NCBI GenBank assembly: GCA_965198225.1
Contig: CBDAOY010000007.1
Location: 1 to 64,000 of the forward strand
Length of the DNA: 64,000 nucleotides
Source of the DNA: Terriglobia bacterium
GTDB lineage: Bacteria; Acidobacteriota; Terriglobia; 20CM-2-55-15
Direction of reading: 5' to 3'
Of this stretch, positions 21,417-30,604 are shown piece after piece (position 1 is the stretch's first letter; every line of letters starts with the position of its first letter). A program made the position numbers and the translations under genes. The notes beneath the pieces are model-generated. The model worked only from the letters and a program-made list of their open reading frames with translations, was not told the DNA's origin and did no database searches.

Positions 21417-21819
21417 CTACGAACCGAGCGCCTGCTGGAGTTGTGCAGCCGTGATCGACCAGTGGGAGGCGTGCCATACGGCACGGGAGTCCTCGATCAT
21501 GATGACTTGCGGCGATTCGTGCTGGACGCCCATCTCGAGAGCGATCGCGTCGGAAAGCCGTCGGTCTTCCACGACATCGACGACACCGCAGGCGAGGGAA
21601 GCGTTACTGGAAGCAAACTCTTCAAAGTCACGCAGCACGGCGTCGCTGACGCCACAACGCGTGCTGTGTTTGAAGACCAGGACCCCGCTTCGACCTCGAA
21701 CGCCTCAGGAACTCTTGCCAGTCCTCCCCGTCGCGAAGGCGAATCGGCGAAACCGCTCCGGATTGTTGGACGTCGTCAGGTTCGCTCCGGTCGAAGGTTT
21801 TCTTCGGTCGGTGGAACAT
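21417..21819 (-). pseudogene. ytxJ: Monothiol bacilliredoxin YtxJ/BrxC with a +1 frameshift (possibly a sequencing error)
   Basis: Removing one base of the C4 run at 21683-21686 joins DWQEFLRRS to [29 protein letters not shown]; start uncertain. Confidence 0.8.
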
Positions 21820-21916
21820 CGGATGCCGTTCGGCTTTTTTTCTCTCCTCTCGTTCCTTACTATATCAAAGATGCGGAGGCCCGCCGTCGGGCTGATCCGG
21901 TAGACAGGAGGCGTGA

Positions 21917-23466
21917 TTGCCCAGCAGAGAGATTACCGACGACCTTGAACTGCTCATGGGCGTGCTGCCCGCGAGCATCCGGGAATCCCTCGGTCGTGAG
22001 GCCGACCTGGGTGACCTGATTGAGGTCATCATGGATCTGGGACGCCGACCCGAGGCCCGCTTCCCTCGAGGATCGGTGCATCTGGGCGAAGATCCTGTCA
22101 AGCGGGAGCAGCTGGACCACGTGATCGGCCGCGTCGGCTCCTTTACGGATGACAATCGGGCCGGCATAGAACGCACCCTGCACCGGATTTCAGCGATGCG
22201 AAACAGGCGCGACGCTGTTGTTGGTCTCACGTGTCGAGTCGGCCGCGCGGTGTTCGGAACCGTGGAAATCCTACGCAACGTGATCGAGAGCGGGCAGAGT
22301 CTGTTGTTGCTGGGCCGTCCGGGAATCGGCAAGACGACTCTGCTCCGGGAGAGCGCTCGAGTTCTGTCCACTGAACTGGGAAAACGCGTGATTGTGGTCG
22401 ACACATCGAACGAAATTGCCGGCGACGGAGACATACCGCATCCGGGAATCGGCAAAGCTCGCCGCATGCAGGTGCCCAGCCCCGACCAGCAGCATGCCGT
22501 GATGATCGAAGCGGTCGAGAACCACATGCCCGAAGTCATCGTCATCGATGAGATCGGTACCGAGGCCGAGGCGCTGGCGGCGCGAACCATCGCGGAACGC
22601 GGAGTGCAGTTGATCGCCACGGCCCACGGAAACTCGCTGGACAACCTCCTGATGAACCCGACGCTGTCGGATTTGCTTGGAGGGATCCATGCCGTCACTC
22701 TGGGCGACGAGGAGGCGCGACGCCGCCGGACCCAGAAAACGGTGCTCGAGCGCAAGGCGCCACCGACCTTCGACACGCTCGTCGAAATAAGGACCAGGGA
22801 TCGCTTCTGTGTCTACCACGACACTGCTTCCGTTGTGGATGCATTCCTGAGAGGCAAGTCGATTCGTCCGGAGATCCGCATTCGTGGTCCGGAAGGCTAC
22901 GAGATCGTCGAGGACGACCGAACGTCCGAAGCAGCGATCGAGGAAGAGATCCAAACAGCCGGCAAGCGCGGCGGAAACTCGGGTACGCGGGCTCGCCGCA
23001 CAAGGACTCTCCGTATTCTCCCGTACGGAGTCAGCCGAGACCGCCTTCTTCGTGGTATCGACGAGCTGAAAGTGCCGGCGACGATCACGAGGACGGCTAA
23101 GGACGCCAACCTCGTCCTGACGCTCAAGGCGCACGAAAAGCGGCAGCCCCGAACACTCCGGGAGTTGGAAGAGCGTGGCCTGGAAGTCGCCGTGATCCGG
23201 AGCAACACACTCAGCCAGATCAAGGGTTACCTTAGTGAAGCGTTCGGTCTGGAGCCGCACAAGAATGTCGAGGAAGAGGCACTGCGGCAGGCGCAGGAAG
23301 GCGTCGATCGTGTGATGTCCTACGGCAAGCCGGTCGAACTTGCACCGCAGGCCTCAGAAATCCGCCGCCTGCAGCACATGCTGGTCGAGGAAATGGGCCT
23401 GGGGTCCTACAGCCGCGGCGAAATGCCCTGGGCGGCCGCGTCATCGTCCTCCCTACCCGCGGTTAG
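21917..23466 (+). CDS. SpoIIIAA/Ycf45-like AAA ATPase with C-terminal R3H domain (frameshift near the end)
   Basis: GRPGIGKT, DTSNEIAGDG, EAVENHMP, RRLQH; the expected RRVIVLP end is out of frame after ~23430. Confidence 0.85.
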
Positions 23467-23661
23467 TTCTCCGGATTTTTTTCAATCCAAAGGCGCAAAG
23501 GCGCAAAGAAATACTACCCTTCTTGGATCACAGAGAGCGGTGGAGGCGCCGCGTAGGCTAGGGAGCGCGAGATGAGGGCGCCGCAGGCGTATGAAGAATA
23601 CGTCGAGGACGACCGAGCGAGCCTGACGACGCATACGTGGATGCATCTGCCGCTCGATGGG

Positions 23662-24417
23662 TCAGCGCGCGCAGGTTTCGGCGCGGCCACCGTCAATCGA
23701 GTAGGTGGCGCCGGTTATCCAGCCTGCTTTGTCCGAAGCCAGGTACAGGATCAGGTCGGCGATCTCCTCGGGTTGACCGATCCTGCCGATGGGGTGGGTG
23801 TCCTTGCTGTATTCCACGAAGGCCTCGTAGGATTCCCGCTCCATTCCGGAATTCAAGTGCAGGTTCGTGCGGACGACCCCAGGGTTGACGGCATTGACGC
23901 GAACGCCTTCGGAAGCAAGTTCGAGTGCGGCGCATCGGGTCAATTGGTCGACGGCTGCCTTGCTCACGCAGTAGGCCAGCACCCCCGGGAAGGCCCTGAG
24001 CCCCGTCACGCTGGACACGTTTACGATGTTGCCCTTTTTTTCGATGATCGAGGGCAGGCACAGCCGCATCAGGTGAAGCACCGAGCGGACGTTGATCGCC
24101 ATCATCTCGTCGTATTCCGCCAGAGTCAGCTTCTCGATGCTTCCCAGTGAGATGATACCGGCTGCGTTGACAAGGATGTCGGTGCCGCCGAACTCTTTGC
24201 CGACATCGTCGATCAGCGCGACGGTTGCGTCTTCCGACGTCAAGTCGACCTGATGAGTGTGGATGTGTTCCGAGAGAGCCTTCAGGTCCCCCAGCGCGTC
24301 TGGCCGCCGCCCGGCGGCCACGACCCGCGCGCCGTCGGCAGCGAACGCCAGGGCTGTGGCACGCCCGATACCGCTTGTCGCCCCGGTCACGACGACGACT
24401 TTGCCTTGGAACTCCAT
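23662..24417 (-). CDS. SDR family oxidoreductase
   Basis: TGATSGIG, NAAG, YCVSK, NAVNPG; TGATG overlap with upstream gene. Confidence 0.93.
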   Translation of the reverse strand: MEFQGKVVVVTGATSGIGRATALAFAADGARVVAAGRRPDALGDLKALSEHIHTHQVDLTSEDATVALIDDVGKEFGGTDILVNAAGIISLGSIEKLTLAEYDEMMAINVRSVLHLMRLCLPSIIEKKGNIVNVSSVTGLRAFPGVLAYCVSKAAVDQLTRCAALELASEGVRVNAVNPGVVRTNLHLNSGMERESYEAFVEYSKDTHPIGRIGQPEEIADLILYLASDKAGWITGATYSIDGGRAETCAR

Positions 24418-26006
24418 CAGTTTTCTGTGAACGTCAGGTCCAGTGCCCAGAGCTCGGTTTTTTCTATTTCCACCGATGACACGAGCCAGGTTCCGGCTGG
24501 GTGGTCGTCGAACCAGGGGAAGATGCGTCCGGCGACGTCTTCGGTGTTGCCCTCGGAAGTCCGTATCGTGCCGCTCGCAAAAAACGCCGGTTGACTCCGG
24601 CTCCACACTCCCGATATCGGGTTTGGTGCGACGGCAATCTCCTGCGGTTCGGTCCCGTCCATGCTCGCCGTCCAGAGGCTACCCTGGTGCCAGTACAGGA
24701 TTGCCGTGCCGTCCGGGGAGTATCGTGGACCGTAACCGCCGCCGTTCAACTTCAGGCGCTTTCCGCCGGAGGAAGGAATGCTCCATAGCGCCAGCGGGCC
24801 GCCACGCTCGGAGGCAAAGACGATCGATCGACCGTCGGGAGACCAGTCCGCCGCTGTGTCGATTTCGGCTGCATCTGTAAGTCTTTCGGGTATGCCGGTT
24901 CGGACGTCGACCTTCCAGATGTCCTTGTTGCCGTCCAGATCGGTCCGGGAATAGACGATCTGGTTCCCGTTCGGCGAAAAGCGTGGCTGCCGCCCAAGTG
25001 CCAGGTATTGAGGGTTTTGGCCATCGATCGAGGCGAGCCAGAGCTCGAAGCGGCCCTCATCTTCAACACAGTACACCACCGACAGGCCGTCGGGTGAGAC
25101 GGACGGTTCGAATTCCAGGTAATCGGTCCCGATGATCGGCGTGCCTTCCGCAGTGGCGATGTCGGAGTCGATGAAATGGCGGGGAAGAACAACGCGTTCG
25201 CCCGAGACTGCAATACCCAGGGGCTCCAGTGCCAGACCCATCATGGGTGAGGTGATCGGCAGCAGCGTGTTCTCGTTCAGGTCGATGTACCACACGGCCA
25301 GTCCCCCCGCACGATCGGTCAGGTAGACCAAGTGCTGGTTGTCCAGCACCCAGTCCACAGCGGTCGGGTTTTCCGCGTTGCGGTCGGCGATCACCGGCGT
25401 GGCTTCGAGCGTCTCGAGATCCACTTGCCACACCTCCCCTCGGAGGTTCAGCATGGACTTGATGAACACGAGCGCGGTCCCATCTGGAGAGAATCGCGGT
25501 GACCGGATCGTCACGTCCTCGTTGGGATCGGCGGAAACTACCGCGTCAGAGTCCCTCCCATCTACGGTCGCGACCCAGAGAGCCCGATTCCGGACGAACA
25601 CAATCCGATCGTCGGAGGACCAGCTCAGCTCGGTCGCATCCGACAGAAACGGCGACGTCCGACCGTCGTCGGGACGGACCTCGTATGTATCGCCGCCTCT
25701 GGAGAAAGTGATCCGTTCACCGTCGGGTGTCCAGTCCGGAGAGGACTCCGGTTCCGGAGTGTCGGTGATCTGCCGCTGAGCGCCGTCGGCGTCGTTGACG
25801 AACCAGAGGTTTCCCGAAGAGATCACGGCATACCGCACCCCGTCCGGGGCGATCGCGAGGTCGGTTTCGATGCCTGTGACATCGAGGAGGGCAGACAGCA
25901 CTGGAGCATCCAGCGACCGGCGGACCGGACCCGTCATCGTGAGAACGAAAGCCGCCGTCCCGACCAGGATGCTCGCAACGACGAGGGGGATTACCGGGAT
26001 CCGCAT
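24417..26006 (-). CDS. TolB-like PD40-repeat beta-propeller protein
   Basis: N-terminal anchor; many P.W/FSPDG repeats. Confidence 0.85.
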   Translation of the reverse strand: MRIPVIPLVVASILVGTAAFVLTMTGPVRRSLDAPVLSALLDVTGIETDLAIAPDGVRYAVISSGNLWFVNDADGAQRQITDTPEPESSPDWTPDGERITFSRGGDTYEVRPDDGRTSPFLSDATELSWSSDDRIVFVRNRALWVATVDGRDSDAVVSADPNEDVTIRSPRFSPDGTALVFIKSMLNLRGEVWQVDLETLEATPVIADRNAENPTAVDWVLDNQHLVYLTDRAGGLAVWYIDLNENTLLPITSPMMGLALEPLGIAVSGERVVLPRHFIDSDIATAEGTPIIGTDYLEFEPSVSPDGLSVVYCVEDEGRFELWLASIDGQNPQYLALGRQPRFSPNGNQIVYSRTDLDGNKDIWKVDVRTGIPERLTDAAEIDTAADWSPDGRSIVFASERGGPLALWSIPSSGGKRLKLNGGGYGPRYSPDGTAILYWHQGSLWTASMDGTEPQEIAVAPNPISGVWSRSQPAFFASGTIRTSEGNTEDVAGRIFPWFDDHPAGTWLVSSVEIEKTELWALDLTFTEN

Positions 26007-26225
26007 AACTCGAAAATAATAGCACTGTTACAGGCCACTAAACGCTCGGCGCCTCCCAAAACAGGCGCTCCGTCCTCGGCAACGGATTTCAAGTGGTCCG
26101 TCGGTCGACATTTAGTTAAGCTATTCGCTGGTGAGGTTTTTTGATTTCCTCCGTCTAACTTGGGAGCAAAGCATAGTCCTGTCTGGAGAGGCAGGGTTGA
26201 GAGTTGGACTGAGGTTTACCAGAAA

Positions 26226-26426
26226 ATGACCAAACGTATTAGAGAATCAAGGGTTTATAGCCAACCTACCATGTGCCTGCAGTGCCATCTGGTGGTTGGA
26301 ATGTCCCATGGACCGGACGCCGACGCCCGCAAGGGCGCCTGGGAATGTCCGAATTGTGGGCACAAATACCCGTTTGCGCACTGGAAAATAAAGAAACAGA
26401 ACAGGGGCAAAACGAAGGCGGCATAA
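26226..26426 (+). CDS. Small basic zinc-ribbon protein (66 aa)
   Basis: CLQC-x21-CPNC; GAGGT RBS-like sequence upstream. Confidence 0.6.
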   Translation: MTKRIRESRVYSQPTMCLQCHLVVGMSHGPDADARKGAWECPNCGHKYPFAHWKIKKQNRGKTKAA

Positions 26427-26622
26427 GGGATTTCAGGTACGAGTGGTTCGACCCATTTATAAACTATTCGAATCACGGGTTTTATTGTTTTAGCGGCGTT
26501 GCGGACGCCGTCCCACCTCAGAAGTCTACGAGTCACGCGCCCCCTTTTGATGCCGATGTGAGTCTTTGGCAACGGAGGGGCGATTCCTCCATAGGCAATG
26601 TTGTCGATAGATCTGAGGTTGC

Positions 26623-28140
26623 GTGGAACCCTCCGCGAAGCGGCTGACCATCACAATCGGAATCCTGGTCGGGATGTTTCTGGCTGCCCTGGAAGCGACC
26701 GTCGTGGGCACCGCTATGCCCACGGTCGTGGCTTCGCTGGGAGGCCTGGAAATCTACAGCTGGGTGTTTTCTGCCTACCTGCTGAGCTCTACCGTAACGG
26801 TTCCCGCGTGGGGCAAACTGTCCGACCTCTACGGACGACGTCCCTTTTACCTGCTGGCGATAGCGATCTTCCTGCTGGGCTCGATCCTGTCGGGACAGGC
26901 GCAGTCGATGTCGCAGTTGATCGCTTTCCGTGTGGTGCAGGGTTTGGGGGCGGGCGGGCTCCTGCCTCTGGCGATGACGATCATCGCCGAGTTGTACACT
27001 CCGGTGGAGCGTGCCCGAGTCCAGGGTTATTTCAGCGGAGTCTGGGGGCTGGCGAGTATTTTGGGTCCTCTGCTAGGCGGGATCATCACCGATCAGCTCA
27101 GCTGGCGTTGGGTCTTCTACCTGAACATCCCGTTCGGACTCGTGGCGGGTCTGATCATCGGAACCCAACTCGTCGAAGACCGCTCTCACCTGCGGGCGCG
27201 AAAAATCGATGTATCGGGAATCCTGTTGTTCACGTCATCGATCACGCTCATGATGCTGCTCCTGTTGCGGAGCGCCCAGTCGTTCGACCTGTCGTCACCC
27301 CCAAACCTCTTGTTGCTCGCGGGATCGCTCGCTTTGATGGCGCTGTTCGTCATCGCGGAGAGGGCCGCCAAAGAACCGCTCATTCCAGTCGAACTGTTTC
27401 GCAACCGTGTTTTCACTGGATCGTCGATCAACGGGTTTCTTGCCGGTATGTCGATGTTCGACCTGATCTCGTTCGTTCCCCTCTACGTCCAGGGTGTGTT
27501 GGGAACCGGGGCGACCGAGGCCGGATCCGTACTGACTCCGCTGCTCATGGGCTGGGTGATCTTCTCGTTTCTTGGAGCCCGGATGCTGTTGAGGGTCACG
27601 TTCCGGCGGACGATGCTGTCGGGCATGGTGTTGATGGTTCTGGGATTCGTGCTGCTCGACTTGATGGACGGGTCCACATCCCGCTTCATGATCCTACGGA
27701 ATGTCGGCCTGATCGGCGCCGGAATGGGTCTCGTGATGATTACCGGACTGATTGCCGTCCAGTCTTCGGTGCGCCGTGACCAGATCGGAATCGCGACGTC
27801 CACGGCACAATTCTTCCGGAGCATCGGCGGCGCCATCGGAGTGGCGGTGATGGGGACCGTCATGACTCAGCGCATGAATGCCGAAATGTCGCTACTGGGA
27901 TCGGCCGCCCGCGCGGGCACCGATCTGAGCGGTCTGGAGCGACTGGTTCAGAATCCGAACGCATTCCTTCAACCGGCCACCCGCGAGCTCATCGCCCCGG
28001 AATTGGTCGGAACATTCCAGTCGATGCTGGCGCATGCCTTGCATTCGACCTTTGTCGTCGGAACCGTGGTCAGCGTCCTCGCGTTGTTGTCGGTTGCGCT
28101 GATGCCTCCCATCCGACTGACCCGGACGGTGGACCGATGA
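26623..28140 (+). CDS. MFS multidrug efflux transporter (DHA2/EmrB-QacA)
   Basis: LEATVVGTAMP, GKLSDLYGRR, GPLLGG, WRWVFYLNIP; ~14 TM. Confidence 0.93.
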   Translation: MEPSAKRLTITIGILVGMFLAALEATVVGTAMPTVVASLGGLEIYSWVFSAYLLSSTVTVPAWGKLSDLYGRRPFYLLAIAIFLLGSILSGQAQSMSQLIAFRVVQGLGAGGLLPLAMTIIAELYTPVERARVQGYFSGVWGLASILGPLLGGIITDQLSWRWVFYLNIPFGLVAGLIIGTQLVEDRSHLRARKIDVSGILLFTSSITLMMLLLLRSAQSFDLSSPPNLLLLAGSLALMALFVIAERAAKEPLIPVELFRNRVFTGSSINGFLAGMSMFDLISFVPLYVQGVLGTGATEAGSVLTPLLMGWVIFSFLGARMLLRVTFRRTMLSGMVLMVLGFVLLDLMDGSTSRFMILRNVGLIGAGMGLVMITGLIAVQSSVRRDQIGIATSTAQFFRSIGGAIGVAVMGTVMTQRMNAEMSLLGSAARAGTDLSGLERLVQNPNAFLQPATRELIAPELVGTFQSMLAHALHSTFVVGTVVSVLALLSVALMPPIRLTRTVDR

Positions 28141-28766
28141 AGCTGCCGGAGAGTTTCTATTCCCGGCCGGCCGTCGAGGTCGCCGTCGACCTGATCGGAA
28201 GAGTCCTGGTTCGCCAGGTCGGCCGAACCCGGATGGCGGGGATCATCGTCGAGACCGAGGCCTACGCCGGGCCCCACGACCTGGCCTGTCACGCCTCGAA
28301 AGGGAAGACCCCCAGAACGTCCGTTATGTTCGGGCCTCCGGGACGGGCTTATGTCTACATGATCTACGGAGTCTACTACTGCCTCAACGCCGTGACTGGA
28401 AGGACTGGATATCCCGCCGCCGTTCTGGTCCGGGCGATCGAACCCCTGGACGGAGTCCGGGCGATGAAGCGGCGCCGGCCCAAGGCGGCGCGGGACGTCG
28501 ACATCGGTAGCGGACCGGGCAAACTGTGTCAGGCTATGTCTATCGATCGTGGCTTGAATACGGTCAACCTCGCGGGTCGAAGCCTCTGGATCGAGAATCA
28601 CGACATGGATCCTGGTCCGGTCGCCGCCGGTCCGCGCATCGGCGTGGACTATGCCGGAGAGTATCGCGACAAGCCGTGGCGCTTCTTTGTCCCCGACAAC
28701 CCGCACATCTCGCGCCACCGGCTCAATTCCGAGGGCCGGTCAATAGTTGCAGGACTCGGGTCTTAA
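28137..28766 (+). CDS. DNA-3-methyladenine glycosylase (MPG/AAG family)
   Basis: IVETEAY, YVYMIYG, SGPGKLCQA, GPRIGV, PWRF. Confidence 0.93.
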   Translation: MKLPESFYSRPAVEVAVDLIGRVLVRQVGRTRMAGIIVETEAYAGPHDLACHASKGKTPRTSVMFGPPGRAYVYMIYGVYYCLNAVTGRTGYPAAVLVRAIEPLDGVRAMKRRRPKAARDVDIGSGPGKLCQAMSIDRGLNTVNLAGRSLWIENHDMDPGPVAAGPRIGVDYAGEYRDKPWRFFVPDNPHISRHRLNSEGRSIVAGLGS

Positions 28767-28827
28767 TGCAGAGAAACCAACGAACAGGGCGCTCTCTCGC
28801 GGCGTCCGTTTATGGGATGGTGATTTC

Positions 28828-30057
28828 ATGAGCCGATTCAGCAGAATTTTGTTGTGTGTTGTCGTCAGCATGGGGATGGTGGGCCAGTTCTCGGAGGCGG
28901 CGTTTCCCGACTATCTGGATCTTTACCGTGAGGACCCGTTCCGCCGGGCGGATGTGGATGGCTGCAACGTGTGTCACATCTCTCCGAGCGGGGGCGGCGC
29001 TCACAACTCATTCGGTATCGCTTTCTTCGACGCGGGCGAGCGCATCACACCGATGATGCGGGCCGACTACCCCGATCGATTCGACTATCCTACGCCCAGT
29101 ATCGGGGACATGGTCGTTCATTTTGCCGATCCGGAAAACAACAAGGTCGTGATCGAACTTGCCGGAACAAAGTACCTCGTCGACCTGGAATCGCGGAGCA
29201 TTCCCGGACTGGCGCCGAAGGCGCCATCTGAAGAGCCCTCTCCCTCTGATGAAGCCCCTTCCGCGTCGTTCACCAGTGCCGGCGACGAGAGACCAGTCGA
29301 TGAGTACGCCTACGAAGGAGCGTTCTTCGGATCCCGCATCGTCAACCTGCCCAACGCCAAGCCGATGGAGCGCGGAGGAGTGGAGTTTCTGGTCGGCCAC
29401 CGCTTCAGAGGCGCGATCTTCAACAGAGACTCGCCGAAAAACCTTTTCGGGTTCGACACCGGCGCGATCGTGACGTTCGGGGTTCAGGTCGGGCTGACGG
29501 ATTGGATGAGTGTTCAGGTGTTGCGCAGCGCCGAAGGCCCCCGGACGATCGAGCTGAGTTCGGCCCTCCAGTTCTCGCGGCAGGGCGAATCGGCTCCGCT
29601 GTCGACCCAACTGCGGGTCGGCGTCGAAGGAAGACAGAACTTCACGGAGCGTTTCGCGCCGTTCGTGCAGTTTGTTTCCACCCGCAGTTTTGGAGACCGG
29701 TTCTCGCTGGCCGTCGCGCCCAGCATCGCTTTCAACACGCGGAACGAAGAATCTCCTTTCCCGCCGTCATTGCTGTTCGGGGAAGAGTTCGACTACACCG
29801 CGGCCCTGGGTTTGGGCGCCGGTCTGCGACTGACTCCCACCGTATCCCTCATCGGAGAGTACATCCCCCGGTTGAAGGGTTTCAAAGGGGAGCTGTTCGA
29901 CCGGCCCGCCGTCTCGTTCGGCGTGCAGAAGTCGACGTTCCGACACACGTTCGAACTGGTGTTCTCGACGGCGCGTCCCATGACGACGGCTCAATACACC
30001 GTGAACGGAACCGACGCGTTCAAGATTGGCTTCAATATTTACCGACGGCTTCGATAG
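28828..30057 (+). CDS. DUF5777-like outer-membrane beta-barrel with N-terminal CxxCH domain
   Basis: Signal peptide, CNVCH, low-complexity linker, then SRIVNLP, HRF, FGFD, HTFELVFS, GFNIYR. Confidence 0.75.
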   Translation: MSRFSRILLCVVVSMGMVGQFSEAAFPDYLDLYREDPFRRADVDGCNVCHISPSGGGAHNSFGIAFFDAGERITPMMRADYPDRFDYPTPSIGDMVVHFADPENNKVVIELAGTKYLVDLESRSIPGLAPKAPSEEPSPSDEAPSASFTSAGDERPVDEYAYEGAFFGSRIVNLPNAKPMERGGVEFLVGHRFRGAIFNRDSPKNLFGFDTGAIVTFGVQVGLTDWMSVQVLRSAEGPRTIELSSALQFSRQGESAPLSTQLRVGVEGRQNFTERFAPFVQFVSTRSFGDRFSLAVAPSIAFNTRNEESPFPPSLLFGEEFDYTAALGLGAGLRLTPTVSLIGEYIPRLKGFKGELFDRPAVSFGVQKSTFRHTFELVFSTARPMTTAQYTVNGTDAFKIGFNIYRRLR

Positions 30058-30555
30058 TCATCTATCGACGGCTTCGATCGTCTGCAGGATCTCTCGAGTC
30101 GACGCGGTCTCGGACTGGGTCGGGCTGACGCCGATCCACAGTATCGTTCCCCGGGCGTCGATGAAAAAGACGGCGGGGTGCGCGATTCTGAATGCGTCGA
30201 CGCCGAACATGTTGTAGACACCGTAGGCCTTGGTGACTTCCCGCTGCTCGTCGAAGAGGATCGGAAACGGATAGTCGTGTGCGTCGACAAATTTTCGTCC
30301 GCCGAACGCACCCTGGGTCTTCTGGGCGGAGATGAAAGCGACCCGGATCCCCCGTGCTTCGAATTCCTCCCAGTCTGTCTCGAACTGAGACAGTTGCCGG
30401 CGGCAGTTGGGTCACCAGGTGCCGCGCAGGAAAACGATCAGCGACGCCTTGCCACCCAGCTCCGAGGACGAGACCGTGGTGCCGTCTGCGGTCGTTAGCT
30501 CGAAGGCGGGAGCGACGTCTCCCACACGCAGCTTGTCGGAATGGTCCTTCAGCAT
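30058..30555 (-). CDS. AhpC/TSA peroxiredoxin-like probable selenoprotein (UxxC), absent from the ORF track
   Basis: 165 aa: LRVGDVAPAFEL..FLRGTW-TGA(30414-30412)-PNCRRQL..FPILFD..AYGV..PAVFFID; frame stays open for 117 codons after the TGA. Confidence 0.88.
30370..30400 (-). promoter_or_regulatory. Bacterial SECIS-like hairpin
   Basis: CCGG-CAA-CUGUCUC-[AGUUC]-GAGACAG-A-CUGG; starts 11 nt after the UGA, loop 25 nt after it. Confidence 0.7.
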
Positions 30556-30604
30556 GGAAAGATTTTACATGGAAGGGCAAGCGGCAGGCCGTAGGATAGC
30601 CTAG

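Noticed and set aside
26271-26290. CLQCH as a heme c site in the small protein
   Set aside because: No export signal, and a second CxxC indicates a zinc ribbon
30556-30604. IS1182 copy B silencing or activating the selenoprotein gene
   Set aside because: A plausible -10 (TAAAAT) remains between the IS and the start codon, and I found no convincing hybrid -35
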